A stretch of DNA of 38,249 nucleotides from an uncultured Opitutia bacterium (GTDB lineage: Bacteria > Verrucomicrobiota > Verrucomicrobiia > Opitutales > UBA953). A program made the translations under genes and the position numbers. The stretch covers positions 1 to 38,249 of the forward strand of contig CAJBPJ010000215.1 in the NCBI GenBank assembly GCA_903957465.1, given 5' to 3'. This document shows, in pieces, positions 25,114 through 33,037 of the stretch (its first letter is position 1; every line of letters starts with the position of its first letter). Below the pieces are notes generated by a model, which saw only the letters and a list, made by a program, of their open reading frames with translations, searched no databases and was not told the origin of the DNA.

Positions 25114-27141
25114 TTATTTTACGGAATTTTCCTCGAGAAGATCCCAATTCGGTTCGAATTCCAAGAACGTACCCGTAATGCCGCGCTCAATTTGGAAGAC
25201 AACATGTTGAGGACGGTCCTTAAAAAGGGCATCCAGCGCTTTGCGTAAGGAAACATTATCCGTGATAGGCTGAGCATTAACCGAAACGAGAATATCTGAA
25301 ATACGCAGCCCCGCTAAATCAGCCCAACTTGAACGCTCTACTTTGGTAACAATCGCCCCTTGGGCACTCTCGCGTAATCCGCGATCAACACGGTCATCAA
25401 AACCCAAGGAGCGTGCAGTGAATCCCAAACGGAGGTCACGGACAGATGGCAACTCGGGTGTGGGTGCGGGACGTTCCCGGAGGGCCATTTTAAGTGTCAA
25501 AGGCTTCCCTTCACGCAACAGCTCTAACTCCACGGTGCCGTCGACTGGATACTCACGAAGAATGGTGCCAAAATTATCCGCATCTTCTTGGCGACGAGAT
25601 GTAATAACCTTCCCATCGAGCTTCAGCAAAATGTCGCCCATCTGAATACCCGCCTCGGCTGCACCTGAACTCGGCAACACTTGGGTAACCCGTACGCCAG
25701 AACGCACCGTCAAACCTAAGGCTTTAGCCAGCTCAGGGGTGAGAACTTGCGTGGCTAAACCTGCCCATGCCTTGGGCACACGTGGCACTGCTGTAGGCTC
25801 GGGCTCTGGACCAAGACGGGCAACCGAAAGCATTTCTGCCTCACCCCGACGCACCCCAATTAAAACAGGAACAGGGTCAGTAGACCCTTTGGTTGCCTCG
25901 AGCGTACGTGCCCGTAGCTCCGCAAAATTCGCCACCGGGTGGCCCGCAACGGATATAATTAAATCACGCTCGTTGATCTCGGGCTTGGCCGTAGCGAGCG
26001 GCCCACCTTCTCGGCGAGAGTGTACAAGGACGCCTTTGCGATCGAGTCGACGATTCACCAATGCTGAAACGGTTGTTAAATCGCGGAACGTTGCGCCCCA
26101 GGTCGAAAGTGCGACCTCTCGCGCAACCCGTGCCTCACGCTCCACAGGGGTCAGACGTACAACCAGTGGCTGGTTGTTGCGCAAAAGCGCTACGTCTATC
26201 TCTTTACCAATTACCAAGCCGCATTCCGCGCGGTGAAAATCTGGCATCTGCTCTGCACAATCTGCATGCACAGGAACTGCATCAAAAGCTGTGACAATAT
26301 CTCCGGTTTTAATTCCCGCCCGTTCGGCTGGCGAATTTGCTAAGACACCACCGACAAGCACACCGCGCTTATCGACTTGGCTGCGCAGCAGTGATCGAGC
26401 GTCTATACCCGTCCAACTGCGGCTAATTTTCCCATGACGAATCAGTTCGGCAGCAACAGCCCGTGCGGTGTTGGCAGGGATTGCACCGCCAAGACTGCCC
26501 ACGCCGATTTCGTTTACGCCCACAATTTTTCCGAAAGCGTTCACAAGAGGTCCACCTGAATTTCCACCAAAAATAATTGCATCATGGCCAATCCACCGAA
26601 CCAATTCGCCAACTGACTCACCATCTAGGTCCATATCGCCAACAAAACGTGTCATCACCATTTGATTATTGGCAACGATACCGAGGGTGACGGATTGGTT
26701 CAAACCCGCCGGACAACCCATCGACAAAACCGTATCTCCTGCGGAGACCAACGCAGAGTCTCCAAATTCTGCGACAGGTAATGGCTCTTTGGATCGACGA
26801 CGGCTAAGATCGAGGCGAATGACCGCTAAGTCTGTCATTGCATCTGCCCCCACAAGTGTCGCTGGGATTTCTTCGCGATTAGCCAAACGACAAAGGAACG
26901 TCGCACCACGACCTGCTACGTGATAATTGGTTAAGACGTTACCCTGGGCATCAATAATGGATCCCGAGCCAACCGCATGATCGCGACGCATGCGACCGTC
27001 TTCACCCTCCTCGGAAATAACTTCGATGCGCACAATGGTATCCGCCATTTTGGCAATCGCTTGAGTGACTTCGGGGCGCTGCTTCTGGCCTTCTTGCGCA
27101 CAAAGCCACAGAGGAAACCAAAGAAATAAAAGGGTGCGCAT
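25114..27141 (-). CDS. HtrA/DegP-family (S1C) serine protease with four PDZ-like domains
   Basis: Signal peptide present. Catalytic triad contexts: LTNYH74V, D104LAVIRL, GGNS195GGPLVN. Four PDZ-like modules are centred on GVLVGGVLANSPAERAGIKTGDIV, GVLVHSRREGGPLATAKPEINERDLII, GVRVTQVLPSSGAAEAGIQMGDIL and GAIVTKVERSSWADLAGLRISDIL. Confidence 0.85.
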   Translation of the reverse strand: MRTLLFLWFPLWLCAQEGQKQRPEVTQAIAKMADTIVRIEVISEEGEDGRMRRDHAVGSGSIIDAQGNVLTNYHVAGRGATFLCRLANREEIPATLVGADAMTDLAVIRLDLSRRRSKEPLPVAEFGDSALVSAGDTVLSMGCPAGLNQSVTLGIVANNQMVMTRFVGDMDLDGESVGELVRWIGHDAIIFGGNSGGPLVNAFGKIVGVNEIGVGSLGGAIPANTARAVAAELIRHGKISRSWTGIDARSLLRSQVDKRGVLVGGVLANSPAERAGIKTGDIVTAFDAVPVHADCAEQMPDFHRAECGLVIGKEIDVALLRNNQPLVVRLTPVEREARVAREVALSTWGATFRDLTTVSALVNRRLDRKGVLVHSRREGGPLATAKPEINERDLIISVAGHPVANFAELRARTLEATKGSTDPVPVLIGVRRGEAEMLSVARLGPEPEPTAVPRVPKAWAGLATQVLTPELAKALGLTVRSGVRVTQVLPSSGAAEAGIQMGDILLKLDGKVITSRRQEDADNFGTILREYPVDGTVELELLREGKPLTLKMALRERPAPTPELPSVRDLRLGFTARSLGFDDRVDRGLRESAQGAIVTKVERSSWADLAGLRISDILVSVNAQPITDNVSLRKALDALFKDRPQHVVFQIERGITGTFLEFEPNWDLLEENSVK

Positions 27142-27176
27142 AGAGGAGGTATAATGAAAGCGAACCTAAGCGCGAT

Positions 27177-28106
27177 TTATGTCTGCGCAGAACGTGCCAT
27201 GGCGCGGAGTAATTGGAGCATGGCGCTCTCGATGGCTAGGAGAGGTGGGACATTGAGTCGATGAGCTCGGAAATAGGCATCCTCGATGGCCAAAAGAGCC
27301 TCTGCAACGGGGCGTGACCGACCGTCTTTGGCCCTAGCAAACACCCGCAAGGCGTCCTCCATCTCGGCAAGCATCTCCGTGCGCACCGCACGTTCAATTC
27401 GACTCGTGTGCGCTGATTGCAAATCTTCACGTTCATCCCGATCTTCTATATCCGCAAATTCAGGGATAGGGTCTTTTTCAAGGGTACGTTCGACGAGTGT
27501 CCGGTGGGCTGTATCGAATCTCGCCAATAATCCGTAAGCGACAACAATGGCGAGCGGCGGGCGCGTTGGTGAACTAACCGACTCTAAAAGTTTTTGGAAA
27601 TCTTCTAACCACATGCGCCAAGTCGGCTCACTGAGAGCCATCGGGTGGCCGCCAATATTAAATCGCATACAGCGACTGATGATGGTGGGTAAGATTCGGT
27701 ACGGGCTGGTCGTGTAAAGGATGATGCCCGTTCCTGGCATTGGTTCTTCGAGAGTTTTTAGAAAGGCATTGGCTGATTCATCATTCATCCGATCGACCTC
27801 ATGCACCACAATGGCCTTACGACCCGAGTGGGATGAATGGTTGGCGAAGCGGACCGCGTCTAAGACATCATCCAAGCGGATGAAGCGCATCCTTCCCGAA
27901 GGTCGCAGTTCTCGAAAATCAATATGTCCGACCACATCTTTTACGCCCAACTGAAGTCCAGCTACTTCGAATGCCGTCTGCCGGAGCGTTACCAGATCAT
28001 GCCCATGGAGCATGATAGAATGCGGTAAACGGCTCTCGCGTGCAGCACGCACGAGAGCCTCCGTAGTGCGAGCCCGCAAATCAACTGAAGCGGCGGGTGA
28101 CTTCAT
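27177..28106 (-). CDS. holB: DNA polymerase III delta-prime subunit
   Basis: Motifs: LPHSIMLHG, VVHEVDRMNDESANAFLKTLEEP, ILYTTSPYRILPTIISRC. Start is ATG 28106 (26-nt overlap with tmk) or TTG 28079 (1 nt after the tmk stop). The ORF-track start at 28148 is less likely. Confidence 0.8.
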   Translation of the reverse strand: MKSPAASVDLRARTTEALVRAARESRLPHSIMLHGHDLVTLRQTAFEVAGLQLGVKDVVGHIDFRELRPSGRMRFIRLDDVLDAVRFANHSSHSGRKAIVVHEVDRMNDESANAFLKTLEEPMPGTGIILYTTSPYRILPTIISRCMRFNIGGHPMALSEPTWRMWLEDFQKLLESVSSPTRPPLAIVVAYGLLARFDTAHRTLVERTLEKDPIPEFADIEDRDEREDLQSAHTSRIERAVRTEMLAEMEDALRVFARAKDGRSRPVAEALLAIEDAYFRAHRLNVPPLLAIESAMLQLLRAMARSAQT

Positions 28107-28734
28107 GCCAAATGGACTCGGCAAGCGCGTCCGGTGAAAGTGCCGCATTGAGCACCAAGAATCGTGTGGGTTCTGCCGCCGCGAGAAGCTGATAGGTTGT
28201 GCGGACGCGTTGATGAAAGGCTAAATCGAGGGCCTCCAGTCGATCAGGACTTCCGCCATCACGTGTCGAAGCACGGGCGAGACCCACTTCCGCTGGAAGA
28301 TCTAAGAGAAAAGTTAGGCGTGGTGTGACGCCTTGGCAGGCAAGTTCATTCACCGCACGCACAGAGTCCCCAGGCAATCCGCGACCACCTTGTTGATAGG
28401 CGACCGTGGAATCGGCGAAACGATCGCAGACCACAACCTTACCTGATTTTAAGGCAGGCATAATCACCTCGGTGACAAGTTGTGCCCGACAGGCGGCAAA
28501 GAGTAATGCTTCTGCCTCAGATGAAATTGTGGCATCGCGACGTTTTAGGAGTTCGCGAATCCCCTCGCCCATCGAGGTGCCACCCGGTTCACGCACGCGC
28601 ACGACGTCGCTTTCAGAAATTTTCCCCTCAAATACCAAGCGCTCACAAAGCTTGCGTATCTGCGTAGACTTACCCGCACCCTCGCCACCTTCAAAGGTGA
28701 TTAGTGAACCACGAATGGAGGACGGCCAAGGCAC
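28081..28734 (-). CDS. tmk: Thymidylate kinase
   Basis: P-loop ITFEGGEGAGKSTQ. DRFADST motif. GTG start at 28734. Confidence 0.9.
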   Translation of the reverse strand: MPWPSSIRGSLITFEGGEGAGKSTQIRKLCERLVFEGKISESDVVRVREPGGTSMGEGIRELLKRRDATISSEAEALLFAACRAQLVTEVIMPALKSGKVVVCDRFADSTVAYQQGGRGLPGDSVRAVNELACQGVTPRLTFLLDLPAEVGLARASTRDGGSPDRLEALDLAFHQRVRTTYQLLAAAEPTRFLVLNAALSPDALAESIWHEVTRRFS

Positions 28735-28799
28735 CTACCTATTGCCTAAGAAGTCAGCACAGAGAGCAAGCCCAAGCGGGCTTAGCTAAAGCCCACTTA

Positions 28800-30101
28800 T
28801 TAACCTCCGCTCGGAGATACTGAATCCTGGGTCTCCTTCTCGATAACATTCGTAATATCGGGAGGGGGAGGAGGCGGAGGGGGTGGTGGTGGAGGGGGAG
28901 CGCCGCCGCCGGTTTCGCCACCGCCGGCCGTGCCGCCGGTTTCGCCACCTGTTGTGCCACCGGTTTCGCCACCGCCAGTTGTGCCACCCGTTTCGCCACC
29001 CGTGGTGGTACCTGTGGTCCCGCCAGCGTCAGTTGTTGTGCCACCACCAGTAGTTGTCGTCGTGCCGCCACCGGTCGTTGTTGCCGCACCACCACCGGTT
29101 GTGGTTGTAGGCACAGGATTAGAAGCAGCCGCAAGAGTAGTTGTTAGACCTGCAGCAGCTGCAGGTGGAAGAGGCGCAACGGTTAAGCTTGTTTCAGGCA
29201 TTTCAGCGAGATCTGGAGCTGCAGGCGCAGCACCTCCACCAGTAGCGCCACCACCTGTTGTGCCGCCATCAGTCGTGCCACCTGTGGTGCCGCCGTCAGT
29301 CGTCGTGCCACCTGTGGTGCCGCCATCAGTCGTCGCGCCACCAGCTGTTGTGCCACCGTCAGTCGCAGCAGCTCCGCCACCTGTCGCACCGCCGTCGGTC
29401 GCAGCAGCTCCGCCACCTGTGGTGCCGCCATCGGTCGCAGCTCCGCCGCCTGTGGTGCCACTATCCGTGGATGAAGATGCGGCTGCAGGAGGAGGTGTTT
29501 CAGGAACGCCAACCGCAGTCGCCTGTTGGCCAGGTTGAAGGTTTACAGATTGGCCCGTGCTTGTGGTAACAGCGACAGAACCACTCGCACAGCCAACATT
29601 CATCGAGCCAAGTCCGCTTGGCTTTACTTCGTAATCAACCCCGAAGACAGTGCCACGCACGCGCACGACACCAACCGGTGTTTTGATTGTGTACTGAGTG
29701 CTCGGGTTAAGCTTACGCGCTTCGCCAACAATCTTCCCGCGGTAGACTTCAATTTGCACAACCGAAGGCGTTGGTTCCGCATCAAGCTCACGGTATTTTC
29801 CAGGAACAATCAGCGGAGACGAAACCTGGCTAAATGTTTTCACTTCCATCAACGTCTCGGGGTTGACGACGATGATCGATCCGTTTGAGAGAAGTAACTC
29901 GGCAGTCGAGTCCACTAAAGTTTCGACGCGGTACCCTTCGCTAAATGTCATCCCGCGACTCATCGGGGCGCGCTTACCTTGGGCATTGAGCAAACTTGTC
30001 TTACCTTTTAATCCACCAACTTCAATCTGCCCCTTTTGAATAGCACCAAAAGAGGAGGTAGCGATACCGACAAAAAATAGAACTAGCGGTAAAATCCTCA
30101 T
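28800..30101 (-). CDS. Secreted FecR-domain protein with Thr/Gly-rich tandem repeats and a 13-proline run
   Basis: Signal peptide MRILPLVLFFVGIATSSFG. FecR-like segment: MTFSEGYRVETLVDSTAELLLSNGSIIVVNPETLMEV ... IKTPVGVVRVRGTVFGV. Then (A)TDGGTTGGG(AA) repeats, TTTGGG / GGETGGTTGG repeats, P13 and a short acidic tail. Confidence 0.7.
   Translation of the reverse strand: MRILPLVLFFVGIATSSFGAIQKGQIEVGGLKGKTSLLNAQGKRAPMSRGMTFSEGYRVETLVDSTAELLLSNGSIIVVNPETLMEVKTFSQVSSPLIVPGKYRELDAEPTPSVVQIEVYRGKIVGEARKLNPSTQYTIKTPVGVVRVRGTVFGVDYEVKPSGLGSMNVGCASGSVAVTTSTGQSVNLQPGQQATAVGVPETPPPAAASSSTDSGTTGGGAATDGGTTGGGAAATDGGATGGGAAATDGGTTAGGATTDGGTTGGTTTDGGTTGGTTDGGTTGGGATGGGAAPAAPDLAEMPETSLTVAPLPPAAAAGLTTTLAAASNPVPTTTTGGGAATTTGGGTTTTTGGGTTTDAGGTTGTTTGGETGGTTGGGETGGTTGGETGGTAGGGETGGGAPPPPPPPPPPPPPDITNVIEKETQDSVSPSGG
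28860..28898 (-). repeat. 13 consecutive proline codons
   Basis: Read directly: plus-strand ggg agg ggg agg agg cgg agg ggg tgg tgg tgg agg ggg equals 13 Pro codons on the minus strand (aa 402-414). Confidence 0.95.
28902..29108 (-). repeat. Imperfect in-frame tandem repeats encoding TTTGGG / GGETGGTTGG units
   Basis: aa 332-400 of the FecR-domain protein. The low-complexity G/T(/E) composition generates shadow ORFs in other frames and on the other strand. Confidence 0.8.
29232..29468 (-). repeat. Imperfect in-frame tandem repeats (~27-36 nt) encoding (A)TDGGTTGGG(AA) units
   Basis: aa 212-290 of the FecR-domain protein. About 7 units are visible (TDSGTTGGGAA, TDGGTTGGGAAA, TDGGATGGGAAA, TDGGTTAGGAT, TDGGTTGGTT, TDGGTTGGT, TDGGTTGGGATGGG). 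Confidence 0.85.
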
Positions 30102-30225
30102 AGGGGGTAGGACTGTCTTATTTTCTATACAGTCCGACTTTCTGCAATGCCAAAACCGACGACCCCAAGGCGCCTTAGAGCCTTGAAATCACCGGTTTTG
30201 AAGCCTCGCACAATCCTACCTCGAA

Positions 30226-31491
30226 TTACCCAGCAAAAGGCTCGAGGGTGCGTTTCACGCGCGCCGAGGCCAATTGAGCGTACCGAGGAAGCCCGTTATC
30301 GAAAGGCAGCACAATTTCGCCCTGAATCAAGGGGGCTGCGTACTTGATGAAAGGAATCTCGATCGACATGCGGTCGGACCCAATCCAGTTCGCAGGGAAT
30401 GCCTTTACGCCGTTGGCAATGTCACCAAGAGGCGCGAGGGCGGTCTTTACCGCGTAGTGATCCTTACCTTCAATACGGGCGAGGACGACCATCTTGCCCG
30501 ACTCACCAGCAAGGGCTGCTTTAACGGCGGCTTGACCACAAAGGAATGCTTCATCGACATCCGTGAGTGACGCGAGGTGCGAGGCAGCACGTTGAGCGAT
30601 ACCAAGCTTTGCTGAGCGAGCTTTCACGCCATCGATGCGCTGCTCAACGAGCGTGCGAAGGTATTCGCCGGCGCCGCCGAGAACAGCGTGCCCGAAAGCA
30701 TCTGTGCTCGAGGCATCAACACCGAGGTAATTTCCGGCTTCGTCTTGGACGCCTTCGGAAACAACCACGAAGCAATGTGCGTTGGACTTAAGCACTTCGA
30801 GAACGCGGTTGACGAAAGCATCAGCGTTGAAAGGAGCTTCAGGCAATAAGACGATGTGAGGAGCGTCGTTGTTCGCACGATCTTTACGGCGTGCGAGCAC
30901 TGAGGACGCCGCGAGCCAGCCAGCGTTACGACCCATCACTTCAAGAATAGAAACGAAATCGTTTTGTCCCATCGCTTCGTTATCGAGCGACATTTCGCGA
31001 ACTGTGGTGGCGATATACTTCGCGACCGAACCATAACCAGGGCAGTGGTCGGTTACAGGAAGATCGTTATCGATTGTCTTGGGTACGCCAATGACGCGGA
31101 GGTCATAGCCTTTTTCCTTTGCTGCCGCATCAATCTTAGCCGCGGTGTCTTGGGAGTCGTTGCCACCGATGTAGTGGAAGTAACGGATGTTGTGGGCCTC
31201 AAAGACTTGAAGGATTCGATCGAAGTCGGACTGCTTCTTCACCTTGTAACGGCAAGTACCGAGAGCGGCACCGGGGGTGTGACGAAGGGCGCGCACGGTC
31301 AATTGTGACTCGGAGGCGAGGTCCACAAGGTCTTCCTTGAGAATGCCATGGATGCCGTTGAGGCCGCCATAGATCTCAGGAATCGTGTCTTCGTGGTTAA
31401 GAGCCTCAGAGAGGACGCCCGCGAGGGAAGCGTTGATAACCGGGGTGGGACCGCCGCTTTGAGCGACGAGGAGATTGCCTTGAAGTGACAT
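30226..31491 (-). CDS. pfp: 6-phosphofructokinase, predicted pyrophosphate-dependent (PPi-PFK)
   Basis: PFK-A family motifs: SGGPTPVINAS, YIGGNDSQDTA, GVPKTIDNDL, EVMGRNAGWLA. Asp is at the E. coli Gly104 equivalent and Lys at the Gly124 equivalent. Confidence 0.8.
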   Translation of the reverse strand: MSLQGNLLVAQSGGPTPVINASLAGVLSEALNHEDTIPEIYGGLNGIHGILKEDLVDLASESQLTVRALRHTPGAALGTCRYKVKKQSDFDRILQVFEAHNIRYFHYIGGNDSQDTAAKIDAAAKEKGYDLRVIGVPKTIDNDLPVTDHCPGYGSVAKYIATTVREMSLDNEAMGQNDFVSILEVMGRNAGWLAASSVLARRKDRANNDAPHIVLLPEAPFNADAFVNRVLEVLKSNAHCFVVVSEGVQDEAGNYLGVDASSTDAFGHAVLGGAGEYLRTLVEQRIDGVKARSAKLGIAQRAASHLASLTDVDEAFLCGQAAVKAALAGESGKMVVLARIEGKDHYAVKTALAPLGDIANGVKAFPANWIGSDRMSIEIPFIKYAAPLIQGEIVLPFDNGLPRYAQLASARVKRTLEPFAG

Positions 31492-31556
31492 GGGAATGGA
31501 ACGTGTGAAAGGTTGGTTGTGTTAACCCTTCCCCCCCTTGGCAATGCGGAAAACAG

Positions 31557-32981
31557 TTAGAGAATCCGACCCGGCTTAACGCCTGCTGATTCAGGCACGC
31601 GGACGGCCCAGGCCGCTGCCGCTACCACAAAGCCGTCCACCTGAGAACCCGCTGAGCCCGTTAAATCAGACGCCTTCAGTAAGACAGCCTCAATGGAAGC
31701 ACGGTTGAGCCTCAAGCGGGCGTCTCCCGCCAGACGGTCAACGAGGTCATTCTTATGAATCTTACCCTCCCGAAGATCACGAGCGACAGCGACAGCATGC
31801 TCTTTGATAGCTTCGTGAGCAGATTCGCGGCCGGCTCCTGCCTTAACCGCTTCCATTAAGAAAGTCGTCGTGAGCAAGAACGGCAAGTAGTGCCCGAGTT
31901 CACGCGCAACCACCCCGCGATTAACTTCCATTTGACCTAAGACCGTGAGGAAGGCTTCAAAAAGTCCATCTGCCGCTAAACACGCATCGGGAAGTAAAAC
32001 GCGCCGGACAACCGAACAGGAGACGTCGCCTTCGTTCCATTGATCACCAGATAACGAAGCCGCCATGGCTAGGTGCCCGCGCAGAATCGTGTGAAGTCCA
32101 TTGATGCGTTCACACGTACGCGCATTCATCTTGTGCGGCATAGCGGAGGATCCGACCTGACCAGGTAAGAAACCTTCACTGGCTAATTCATGGCCAGCCA
32201 TCAGGCGTAAAGTTTTGGCAAACGACGAAGGTCCCGAAGCCGCAACGAGGATTGAAGAGACTACCTCGAGGTCCATCGAGCGCGGGTAAACTTGACCAAC
32301 GGCACCTAAAACATGCGGTATGCCTAAATGCTTGAGCACGCGCATCTCGAGCTCTTTAGCCTTTGCGGCGTCACCCGCCAGCAAGGTCAGCGCATCGAGC
32401 TGTGTACCAACCGCACCTTTTAACCCACGCGCAGAAAAAGCACCAATGGCTGCATCGAGCATGGCAACACCACGGAGACACTCTTCACCAAACATCGCCC
32501 AACGCTTGCCAACGGTGGTTGGTTGAGCGGCGACATTGTGCGTACGTGCAGCCATCACTGTGTCTCGGTCAGCCTGCGCGCGCTTAGCTAAAGCTTGTGC
32601 AGCGGCGACGGCTTTCGCGCGCAACAAACGGAGTGAGCGGTATAATTGAAGTTGCTCAACTGACTCCGTGAGGTCGCGACTGGTTAATCCTTTATGGATG
32701 TGCTCATGACCCGCGAGTGCGCAAAATTCATCGATACGTGCTTTGACATCGTGGCGCGTAATCTCCTCGCGCTTACGGATCGATTCGAGATCTACTTTAT
32801 CCTTCACCTTCTCATAGGCAGCAATGGCTGCTGCAGGGATGGGCAAACCGAGGTCGGCTTGGGCGCGCATCACCGCAATCCAGTACTCACGCTCCAGCAC
32901 CACGCGTCCACGAGGGGACCAAAGTGCACACATCTCTGCAGATGCATAGCGGTCAGCGAGAACGTTAGGGACGGTGTCCAT
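31557..32981 (-). CDS. purB: Adenylosuccinate lyase
   Basis: 474 aa. Fumarate-lyase signature GSSAMPHKMNARTCE. N-terminus LADRYASAEMCALWSP is typical of PurB. Confidence 0.9.
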   Translation of the reverse strand: MDTVPNVLADRYASAEMCALWSPRGRVVLEREYWIAVMRAQADLGLPIPAAAIAAYEKVKDKVDLESIRKREEITRHDVKARIDEFCALAGHEHIHKGLTSRDLTESVEQLQLYRSLRLLRAKAVAAAQALAKRAQADRDTVMAARTHNVAAQPTTVGKRWAMFGEECLRGVAMLDAAIGAFSARGLKGAVGTQLDALTLLAGDAAKAKELEMRVLKHLGIPHVLGAVGQVYPRSMDLEVVSSILVAASGPSSFAKTLRLMAGHELASEGFLPGQVGSSAMPHKMNARTCERINGLHTILRGHLAMAASLSGDQWNEGDVSCSVVRRVLLPDACLAADGLFEAFLTVLGQMEVNRGVVARELGHYLPFLLTTTFLMEAVKAGAGRESAHEAIKEHAVAVARDLREGKIHKNDLVDRLAGDARLRLNRASIEAVLLKASDLTGSAGSQVDGFVVAAAAWAVRVPESAGVKPGRIL

Positions 32982-33037
32982 GAAATCAGGTAATGAGTTT
33001 GGCAGGGATAAGGCAGGACGGCAACCCGAGAGACGGG

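Noticed and set aside
27154-27264. Plus-strand 36-codon sORF preceded by a perfect GAGGAGGT (27143-27150)
   Set aside because: The SD-to-ATG spacing is only 3 nt. Other genes here do not use SD motifs. The sORF is antisense to the holB 3' end, and the AGGAGG is simply the complement of the C-rich leader of the protease gene. This is probably chance.
28930-29538. 202-aa plus-strand Pro/Val-rich ORF (and the minus-strand ORFs 28754..29134 and 29183..29512) in the repeat region
   Set aside because: They exist only within the low-complexity repeats. The 433-aa minus-strand frame alone joins a signal peptide and FecR domain to the repeats, so these are shadow ORFs produced by the repetitive codon composition.
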